A stretch of DNA of 64,000 bases from Ophelia neglecta (lineage: Eukaryota). The stretch spans positions 91,884,001 through 91,948,000 of the forward strand of contig OZ260661.1 in the NCBI GenBank assembly GCA_965285935.1. Direction: 5' to 3'. The notes under the pieces were generated by a model. It was not told the origin of the DNA, ran no database searches, and saw only the letters and a program-made list of their open reading frames with translations. Every line of letters begins with the position of its first letter. Within the stretch, counting starts at the first letter, position 1. Below, one piece after another: positions 53,701 through 64,000 of this stretch. Both the position numbers and the translations under genes were made by a program.

Positions 53701-56700
53701 CAGTTAGAATGTGTGTGGTCAGAGTAACCGTTTGCTCTTTCATGTATTACAAAGCAAATTGTACTGCTCTCCTAGCTGTGTCAGTGTAGTGAGTGAGATA
53801 GCAATAGGACAGAAAGGTGATTTCTGTTCTCTCAGTAGTGTAAGGCCCTTAGCAAACATAGGACTGAGATACTGAGCTGTGTGAATAGCTATTTCTAAAC
53901 AGGCATTTTGTTGCAGCATCTCTTGCAAGGGTTACATTTACAGAGTTTACCAGGGCTTGTCGTCTCCATTCTCTGGGACAAAGTAGAACTTTGTGTTTGC
54001 AAACATTGCAAAGAAAGTAACACCATGTTTTTATACTACTCCATTGTGATACACTGCCTGTGGCCTAGGCCCTTGAATCTTAAAGTGAATATGGGCTTAC
54101 AAACAAGCCAGTTGTGCCTTCAGGCTCTTACGAGTTTGCACCAACAAATATCCAGAAATAGTATGAAATTAAACAGAATTTTGACATGGTTTTTGGTAAG
54201 CAGATTGAATTCAGATATAAGCTTAGGTCCTAGAATACATTTTGAGTACATATACAAAGGGGTGGGTCCTTCATTGATCTAGGTGGAGAACAGCATTCAA
54301 GTTTTGTTATCATGTCCCGTATTTGCTTGGTTTTTCAAATACTATTGGCCACCAATACTATTTGCACAACAAATACAGGAATGAAAGGTCTGAAAGCTTC
54401 AATAGCATCTGCCTAGACCTAACGGTGTGTAATCTTTTATATTTGGAAACTAGTTATATGTAAATTTAATATTCTGTAACAGAGTACTGTAAATGAGTAG
54501 ATTAGCTAGGGATCAGGATTTGAAAACTTTTGTAGAATTGCTGCTAATGCCTCTGTGCCTGGAGCATATTCTGATGTTTACTTTAGTTAAATCTTGAAAT
54601 GAGTAGCATGAAGAGAACCACAAGTTTTGTATAATGCACTAAAGTTGTTTGAAATGATGTGGTACTGTATGGAGCACTTATTGTGTCAATTAGCCCCAAT
54701 TAAGCTAAGTGTCTGGTGTTTATAAGACAGCAGCAGGTAATTTGGACAAGGAGAGGTTGGACAAAGCCTTGCTCTGTGTTTGATCCTTTGGGATTTGAGA
54801 TCACAGGATTAGTGGGATTATGGATATTTAGATATTTGATTTACTCACACATATTTGTACAGCTAGCACCAGTGGCATTGTGGTGTGCCAGCTCTGCTTC
54901 TAGCAGGGTGTAAATCCTTGGTTCTCCTTATCGCCTTCGTCAAATGGATTATTGTCCCAGTGATTTGTTAACCTACAATTTCAAGTAAAAAGACACTCAG
55001 ACCTATCAGAAGTACAAAAATTGCAGCTACTTATATCAGTGCATTGGGCAGAAAAATATGAGCTACCTGGAGAATTGGGTGGCGTAAAACTCCGTTTTGG
55101 TGTAATATTGATGTCAATTACAGGTTGGTTGTTTTCACACTGTAAGTTCACAGCAAAGCTTTTATCTCAAGGTCAGGAAAACAATGTTGAAAGATTGTTA
55201 ATCATTTTTTGCGGTTTGTGATAAAAGATTTGGATTTTTGCAAAAGTGGAAATGCTGTTAGAATCTATGTATTACCCTTCTCTACCTTTTTAATGCTATT
55301 AGTGTTGTCTTGCCGACAGAGTGATAGTGTTTGCTGCTGTTTCTTGGATGTTCGCACATACTTGTGGTCTGGTGCTGATTGGCCCTATGCATTGTGGGGG
55401 TCGATTAGCATCCTGTTAAGCACCAGTCTTCTGGCTCCTCGGACCCCCCAAATCATTGTCAGTGTGCGCCAAGTGTGGAGGCAACCACCATGGCAGACTG
55501 CTGTGCTAACCACACTGTGTGTGGGGCTTGACAATGGAGCACATTGACGGCTGCAACAGGCATGCATGCATGCGATGTCTGGGGATGGTGATTAAGTTGT
55601 AAGCACAGATACAGGCAGTCACTTTGGACATACTTAGCTGCAAGTACTCCCAAGTGCATGTACCAACAAGCACTATATTTATCAGAAAGATGTCTCAGTT
55701 TAAACTATCTGAGGCAAACTTATAGGCTGTTCAGATGGATTTTGGATGCTGCGACTAATGAGTTGATGGGATTATGCCAGCTTCAATCAGGATCTGAATT
55801 GTGATCATTACCCACAATTTAAAGGTGCCTGCTGTGACATAAGATGTAATTTGTTGCTGAATTTCATGCAAAAGGAAGTAGGGAGGAAGCGGAGGGCTTG
55901 TGGATTGGCCTTTCACTGTTGCCATGAGCTATAGAGCCTGCTGTAATTACAACCACCCAGTTGTCAAGTTATCAATTGTGACATTTATGTTGATGATGTG
56001 CCATTTTTGATATGAAGTCATGTCCATTGTAGCAAAAAAACACTGATTTCATGAGGAACTGGTGGAACAAAAATGAGGCTGATCCCTTGAGATAAGCTGT
56101 TTTACAAATATTGTTTAGATTCAGTTATAAATAAGATTGTCAGAAGAAGTATATCACTTGTCAGCACATCAGGAATCATGACGCGTGGGTTCGTTTGATC
56201 TGGTTAGTTAATGGGTAATGGCGATATATTCACCATTTTGATTAACTTTTTAAAGGCTCCTCATGTGAATAAGAAACAGTGTACTGAGAAATAACTCTGT
56301 GGCAACTTACTCAACAAACAGCGAGCTTCAAGAGCTCCAGATCCAAACACTGGGCTTATAACATTACTCTGAAGTGTGCAGGAACTAAATCACATCAAAT
56401 CTGGGAATAAAACTGTGATATGATGAAAAACAATAGGATTTTTACAATATTCTCAAGAGACAATTAATAGATCATTTATACATGTAGAGACGCCATGTGG
56501 CATACAGGACAAGTAATTGGTTGAACGTGAACCCAGAGCGGTTGTTTATGTTGGGAGCACTCTGCCTTCCTTTCTTTTAATTGGATAACTCCAAGGTAAA
56601 GCCTGGCCATTAGCTATTATATCTGACTCACTCTATCATACTGGCACATTTCATTTGTCAATGGCATATGTTTTCTAGTTTCACACAATCTTTGGCCACA

Positions 56701-57067
56701 AGCCAGTCTTGACATTGTCCTCTTGATTGTTGAATTATTCTCCTGTCATATCTGTACATATTACTTTTGTTCGGTTACTGCTGGGAATTTTAGTAATGTG
56801 TCTGGGTCATGTTTAATGTCATATGGCGAGATATTTTATGGCATTTATCTTAAAAGCAGTTTGCTTTTTTGGAATTCTAAACTATGGATTTCAATCCATT
56901 AAAGCTATGGGTTAAGGCATATAAGTTATTTGTAGTCAATGGACAGTAACATTTACTAAGGGATTTGTAACCTCCTTTGCTTACACATTGTATGAGAATA
57001 TGCAGTATAGTCCCTGTATGAATTTTGTGTGAATATATTGTAGTTTGACCTGTTTTACTTATTTCAG

Positions 57068-57333
57068 ATGCTTGCAAGTGGTCAGCCAGTAGGTACTGGG
57101 AGAGGAGGAGTGGGGAGTCCAGCAGAGAAGATGTTCAGAGAGCATGGGGTGCCTAATGGCAGTCCTAACAATGGGGCGGTCAGACCCAAGATGCTGCCCC
57201 TACCCCAGAACTACAAGCCAGCCCCGCACTCGGCCCCTCCCAGCCAGTCTCAGCTTGTACAGACCGTCCTCAGCCCTGGCAGCTCCAGCAGCAATGGATC
57301 AAGTGCTTCAGCTGCTGCCTCTTTCTTTGCCAG
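57068..57333 (+). CDS. kif26: KIF26A/B-like kinesin, coding exon D (ends in SAAASFFAR)
   Basis: Acceptor ttttacttatttcag|ATG and donor CAG|gtaagt; 266 nt, phase 0/2. Pro/Ser/Gly-rich and ends in SAAASFFAR, the conserved KIF26 motif preceding AAQKL and the motor domain. I found no following exon before 64000. Confidence 0.94.
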
Positions 57334-60300
57334 GTAAGTCATGCCTTTTTTTACAAGTATAATCCTTTGACAAGCCTTATCTCCAGGAACACGGTGGTTA
57401 ACTGGAGATTTCAGGAAGGTTATCCTATGAGTGTGTATCTAACTCCGGGTGATCAATTTGATCACTCTACGAGTGCTGCACCTGGTATATGAAGAAAGCA
57501 AATGTTAAGATGGATTATTTCAGAGGCACCCAGGATCACGGTGACACCTCAGGTCATGTAATATCCACTGGATTGTCATTAAAGAGTGACACTTTTATTT
57601 GATAAGAGACTTTCTCTACAATATATAGTGCTGTTTTTCAATACAGCTTGATAAGATATCTCTCAGGAAGGATAAAATGGTGATCAAGTGAGTTACAATG
57701 GGGTTAGATTGCACTAGGCTTCCTGTGTGGTTCTCTGCAGCCAGTGATAAGCAGACCACCAAGCTGCCATGAAGAATTACCGCAATAACTTCACACACCC
57801 TTTGTTCATTTTTTTTTTTGCTACAGAAATCAATATTTTAGAAAAACATGAGATTGAAAACTCCAGATTCCAGCCTCTAGCCTTATGCCTACTGTTAAGT
57901 ATTCTGTGTGGGATATTACTAATTGATTCTAAAAGCACACTTAATTTACAAAGTGACAAACCTGGTAAACTGTGAGTCTTTAGGGTGCAGTTTACAGAAC
58001 AGAAAGATGGCCCAATAATAGATATTTGCACAGTGGATACATGGGGCTAATGTGGAAGTATCGATTCTCCCTCAAGTAAGGCCTCTCTGTCCTGGGTGGT
58101 GGGGCTTTAGGGTATAGCCGGGCGGTGATGATAGGACAAATTTGTCTGCTAGCATTTTGAGCAATCTCCTGTTCTTCTGCTCAGCTAGTTTCCTGACTTC
58201 ACATATAATGGAGACCCTTTGCTATGATCAAAGTGGGTTTTATTTGATGCTTTTCAATCCCAGTTCAATCCCATTTCTTCTATGGCCCATTTGTGTGATG
58301 GCTGGTGCCTGTGGTGTTAATAGTAGAAAGGGAACCGGCGACAATGAAGCCATCTTTTTAGGTCTTTTTAGATCCACGTTTTGTTTGCTTAAAGTTGTGA
58401 GACACCGTCTGTCGGAATAAAGCAATGCTGTAAGGGAATTGAATGCTGGGAAGCCGAACATTGCAATAAATGAGGGAAGTTTTGAGATTACTCTAGTGCA
58501 TTGCAAACATCTAACTTTTTCCTGCAGTGAACATCAAACAAACGTTTTTATCTTTTTAGTTGTTAAAGTAAAAAAAATGGGAACAATATGCAACTAAAGC
58601 CTTTTGATATAAGGGGAAATGGTGGTTTGACAGCTTATTGGAGAAGTGGAGGAGCTTGTATTTGTAGTGTTAGAAGAGCAGATGTGATACTTACAGGAGC
58701 AGGGTGTGGGAGAGAGCTGGATGACTTGCCTCAGACTTGGCTGATTGTGCTTGGCAGTGGGTGGTGGCCACACTGCTGTGGGGGAGCCAGGTCACCTTTG
58801 TCAGACACCCCTGGCCTCCCTAGGGCTATGACAGAACCATTCACAACTGACAAGCTTGCTGTCATATCAAATACCAACTAAACTCCCCTCAAACCCACCC
58901 CCTTCATTCCCAGTAGGGTTGGATTTGCCCCAGTTCTTGTTAACTCTGCCTTTTGCCCAGAGCTGGAGGCGAAGTGTTAATAGTCATTTTACATGTTTAA
59001 TGCCTTTGGACCTTTACACCAGTTTCACTTATTATCCTTGCACATTGTTCTTGGTGCTTTGAACTTGATTTTCATTGTCAGTCTGAAGTCATATCTCAGC
59101 ATGCAGCCAGGGTCACTGGTGGTTTGGCTGGTCTGGAAGGCAGTGACTCTGTCATTCTCAGGGCAAGTTTCTCTGCAGCCTAAGGGTGGTCCTCTAGTGT
59201 ACTACTTGGCCTGCTGAAACAAGTATCATTAGGGAGGAAACTGCCAGCTCTCACACTTAATTAGCTGTCCTGTCAGGCTGATTAGCAAACCTGTTTACGT
59301 CTACATGTATATGCACACAAACTACAACTGCCTAATGAAGGCTACAGCTGCCTTACCTAACTACCCCTCACTACCCCTCACACCTTCGTCAGTTGGTAAG
59401 TAGTGATGATTTATTGCCTAATATAGTCATTGAGGCAGAGGGGAAGGTACGCTATCTGTATAGCTGACAGAAGGTGGTTTAAAAGCAGCCAATCAGCATA
59501 CAAATGTGTGGGGTCTGTTTGTTGGTAGGCGGGAGAACATTCTTACCTGGGATCACGGGAGCAGTCGCTGTCTGGTCACTCGTGCAATACACGGAAAAGT
59601 AAAAACAGCACATTGCTTCTCACTTTTGATGATTTGCCTTGCCCTGCTTTAATAGGAAGGCGTGGTGTTTGAAAGTGCAGTCGATGGAAGTCACATAACA
59701 ACTTGAAGTTTTCCCGTTGCCCAGCAAGCCCTGCTTGAAGTTTAATATCTCAATTTCATATGTGCTCATGATTTTCATTATGGTTATTCCTATGTATTAA
59801 TATGTCGTTTCACAAGCTAACTCTTTCAGAAATTGTGTCTTTCAATATTCAAGCACCACTTAAAGGACATCTTTATCAATTTTCTGAATAGGAATTTATT
59901 CAGCAAAATATACTAGTAAATTGCATAGGTAATAAACCAAGCAACAAATGGACAACAAATCAGGTTAAAACATTAAATGGATGATTGTTACCATACTTGA
60001 CAAGGGAAGCTTTTAACAAAACAATAAGAAAACAAAATTGTTACAGTTTAACTGCAGCTGTTGTCAAGCACACTTTGTTAGCTAGCTGGGAATACCAGTC
60101 ATAAATAGTATATATTTTACATATGAATAGAATGAGTAAAGGAAAGGTAAAACAGAATTAAGACCAATTTTCTGAAGAACAAGCATCCCTCTTTCCCAGA
60201 TCTCTTTTTTTATATTTTATGAACCAGCTTAAAGAAGGACTGTACTTCCAAATACATAGACTAAGATCATTTCCTTGTACATTTCTATTGATAAATTTGA

Positions 60301-63300
60301 ATAAAACACATCTATCTTTTTCTTACTGTCCATGTTGGTTTATTGCCTATCACCACTTGTCACTGCGACAATTCTTGTCAAATTTGGAATCATTTCAAAG
60401 ACAAGATACTACAGATATGACAATTGTTCTGATATTTTAAGTTTTTCTCTCCATGTAATGGACCATCTCAAGTGGGATGTTGATACACCTAGCCTCAGTA
60501 TAAAGTGAACTCTAATCCAGCTGAACAGGTAGTCCATCACCATTATATCCAGCCTTAGAATGGGTTTTGAGTGAGATTCGGAGACTGTATCTCTGGTACT
60601 ACCTTCTTTGTAAAGGGCCATCCATCATGTCTGACAATAACACAGAATGAGCCACAGGGCTAATTTCATTGTGAAAACACTAACCCTGTAATTTTGATTT
60701 ACGAGAGAGTAAGACAAAGATTTCACAGTGTAATCACCAGTGGCTGGTTTCCTTCATTCCTCACACACTGGTTAAAATGGCCAAACTCTAATTAAATTTT
60801 TCCTAACATCTGTTTTTACACAGGTAATGATGGGGTTTCGACCTGTGTGATGCATCATCCGATACCTGATCCCTCCTCCCCAGACTGGGTCAGCCATCCC
60901 TCCATCAGATCCATTACTTGTTACGCCTGAGAATAATTATAACCAATATGATTATTACTGGTTCTGTATGCAAATGTGTGTCCAATGAGTCCACTCCAAT
61001 TTCATGGTCTTTGCAGAGACAATAAAAATGATACCATTGAACCATCATTGTTAGTAAAGCAGATTGTTATATTTGCCTGTGGCTGGGGACAACGTTGATG
61101 GACTAAAACAATGGGCATTAAAGCCAACATGTGGTTTACCAGGGTGGACAATGGAGGTATAATTGGTAAATAGGGGCTTGCTGGCACTACAATGCTCATA
61201 CAGAAATGGGTTGAAATGAGTCTCGGAGGACTCAAGTTTGCTGAGGTGGGACATGGATTTGGCCAGTCTGAATATGAATAAATCACATGCACCTGCAACA
61301 TTTTCTGACAAATTAATATTTCAGGAAATTGTATTGCTTGCATTATTAAATGTTTGCTGTTGCCTTTGATTGTTGGACTGGTGAGCAAAGAAGAACTAGT
61401 GTTGTTTTTTTGTCTGACTAACAATGGGAATGATTGGTCAGGAAGGCGTCTGCCATGGGTCAACTGGACAGTATTGAATGCTCAACAGATGGAGTGAAGC
61501 ACTTTAATTGTACCACAATCAGATTACATAACCTGAATGGTCAATCAACGATTACCAATACTCAGTTTGCCTGCAGATTATTAGATCTTGAATGGGCCAC
61601 TGATTTCCTACAATGAGGACATTGAAGATTAATGTCAACTGATCAAATTATGATGAAAGAACTTTCAATGGCCTGGCTAACATCCTCTCCCTGGGCCATC
61701 AAGACTGACACAGATACTGTCATCTGACATGGGCCATAAGGGGGGGGGGGGGGGTATGGATTTAATGATAACCTCATCAACTTAATACTAATACTAATAT
61801 GAGTTTTTTAATAAACCATACCATCAACAAACAGCACCCATTAACAGAGTGATGTTGTTTGGCATGCCTCTCATGTATATTGCAAGATGAAACTACCAGT
61901 GTGGAATGTTTGCTATATACTTGTCAAACAGAATAAGGCGTGCTGTCTATCAAGGAAAAACTTTCAAACGCTCAGGTCCAATGTGCCCATATATAATTCA
62001 AGAATCTATCTGGATTTTTTGTGAGCTTCCATGTGTGCAGCCTGACTAGAAAGATGATGTATCTGTGGCTGATGCTATCAGAAGAACAATAAACTTCATG
62101 TTTTATTTGTGAGTTAATGAGATGGGGGGTCTACAGTGGTATGTATGCCTCAATCAAAGTATGTGAATGGAGCCATCTTTGGAGTCAATATTCTGGTCTC
62201 CAACATGTCCAATATCGAACTGGTAGTATTATCTCTTGTGAACCCATATGGATAACCTGTCTGAACCCTTCATGACTTCCCAGTCAGGGTACCAGCGAGT
62301 CCCTTTGGGATGCTCTAAGTAATAAGCTCATCGATCCTTTTCCATTGGTACCCATCTTATTGAATCTCAGTGAGTGGAAGCAAACCCCAACAGACTGTAT
62401 TGCGGGTCAGCTAAACACATCGGGAAGTTTGCTGCCTGGTTTAGGACACTCTGCGGGGCCACAATTTCCTCTCTGTCATAATATTTACCTTTGATTTCTT
62501 CATCTCCTGAAGACATTCTCACAAGCAATTTCTTACGAGATTCTTTAGCAGATGCTGTTTGTAGAGACCAAATGGTTTAGAGCTCATCCCTTTTTGGTGA
62601 TTGTGGTTTCAGGGGAATCCTCAATAGCAATGAGCAGTGATGGGTTTATGGATTAATATTTACTCAAGTTCAGGATTAAGCATGTAAGATGGCAATAGCT
62701 ATTTCATCCCCTACTAGAAATTGAAATGCCTGATTTTACTGAAAATTAGTATCTGGGGGAAAATTCCACAAATCAACTAGCAATCAGAAAAATTCCTTGT
62801 ATTGCAAACGGCAAGTGGTGAAATACAAAGAAGCCCCCAGATTTCAGCTGCATCACCATCATGCCGAGAATTTGATTATAGAATGCAACAAATACAACTA
62901 AGAAGCTTTCTCTTGCTAAATTTAATCAAGTGTAATGGCTTTGTCTCCAAATGGTACCATTTTGGAGCTGAGCTACATTGCTCAGTTGAGTAGATTTGTG
63001 GTAAGCTTCTGGTTTGAGCTGTCACAAGGAGAACAATCTGACCTGTCTTCAGCTCCTCCCTATCACCCCCTTGGTAATGGAAATTACTAGGAGCAGGAAT
63101 TCTCTTCTTGCTCACTGCTTTGTTGCCTGGCAAGTCTTGATTCAATTTGCCTGCAATCCTAGGCCTAACCTCTGAATCAACAGCTGAGGGTCTTCTGTAA
63201 TGGCCAGCAATCAAACATTGATAACACTGTAGGAATGTGTGATTTCCCTGGGGGCCTGGGCCGGAGCTCACGCCCTGTGAGGGTCCTAGTGAGCAGACAC

Positions 63301-63816
63301 CATCCCACATTGCTACCTCCACTAAGGAACTCCTGAACACCGTAATTACACGCAGATCGCAACACTTCTACAGTTATTGATTGATAAGACGTGAATTGTC
63401 TATGCTGGACACAGAGGAGTCTGGCCGTGGACACTGAGGAATCTCCCCCTACTATCGTGGGGCGTGACCCCTTGTGATGAGGTGCAATGATCCCTCACTT
63501 CTTGGCAACTTTGACATATTAATGGCAATTGGGGTCCATCTCATAATTGCGTCTATAGACATCCTGTCATAGACAATGGTGACAAATTAATTTTGGCAAT
63601 TGCCCTTTTTGGTAAAAAACTCATTGTAATTGGTCAGGCTCAGCCTGATCAGTTCTACATACATGTTTGGTCAATATGTAGTATTCTTTGCACACTGTAA
63701 ATACATTGTACTTGTATTATTGGTAAGATCAATACTCTACATGTATTCAGGCTAAAACACTTGTTTCGGACATTGTCAAGTAGAATATACTAGGATTTTA
63801 CAGTGTGGCTTCCCTA

Positions 63817-63873
63817 ACAAGTTGTTCTTTATAATCTTCAATACACAAGAGTTGTTCTTAATAATCTTCAATA
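63817..63873. repeat. ~30-bp tandem duplication
   Basis: AGTTGTTCTTTATAATCTTCAATA and AGTTGTTCTTAATAATCTTCAATA. Confidence 0.8.
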
Positions 63874-64000
63874 GGTCTTTTTATATATTAAATGAACCAA
63901 GTGAGCATTTTGACAGCATCTCATTCCAGTTATGGCTTCTTTAATCAAAATTGTTATAAATATAATAGATCTAACTCTAGCAACTGCCTGATTAATATAA

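Noticed and set aside
59305-59401. ATG-initiated frame ending at TTG|gtaagt as an alternative coding first exon
   Set aside because: It ends in phase 1, whereas the next KIF26 exon must start in phase 2.
61740-61755. G homopolymer (also the C run at ~49568 and G run at ~31470)
   Set aside because: Simple homopolymers, prone to slippage and sequencing error, with no associated structure.
1069-64000. Nested gene on either strand suggested by 60-154 aa intronic ORFs and isolated minus-strand donors (e.g. ~29461, ~42886)
   Set aside because: No recognisable protein motifs, many non-ATG starts and no chain of phase-compatible exons; the counts look like chance. A translated search could still reveal decayed TE fragments (e.g. 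~9200-10300, ~35230-35490, ~52780-53050).
1100-64000. Abundant TGACA/TGTCA and TACATGTA words as regulatory code
   Set aside because: Expected from CpG decay to TG/CA and genome-wide composition bias; enrichment cannot be shown without a background model.

Overview
This is eukaryotic (animal) genomic DNA, not prokaryotic. It is AT-rich and strongly CpG-depleted, and the repeat types suggest an invertebrate, probably a lophotrochozoan (inference). The window lies almost entirely within the 5' part of one + strand gene, a kinesin-11 family KIF26A/KIF26B (vab-8-like) orthologue. Four coding exons (754-1068, 28651-28913, 48754-48901, 57068-57333) have canonical AG acceptors and AG|GTAAGT donors and join in frame (phases 0/0/2/0/2). 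They encode the KIF26 hallmarks [21 protein letters not shown]...CDVCQTH..LKGEA and SAAASFFAR. The introns are 27.6, 19.8, 8.2 and >6.6 kb, and the motor domain lies beyond the window. The introns hold a young 911-bp non-autonomous PIF/Harbinger element (TTA target duplication, transposase N-terminal remnant) inserted in a 31-bp minisatellite, a 17-bp minisatellite with higher-order structure, a perfect 37-bp inverted repeat, a 70-bp TA-flanked MITE, a HINE-like tandem-repeat element and several CpG-retaining islets that may be internal promoters or enhancers. Nearly all other ORF-track entries look like chance ORFs. I found no convincing new multi-gene system. The best leads are isoform and regulatory architecture (three in-frame donors, candidate internal first exons, candidate recursive splice sites), the hairpin, and the transposon-minisatellite relationship.
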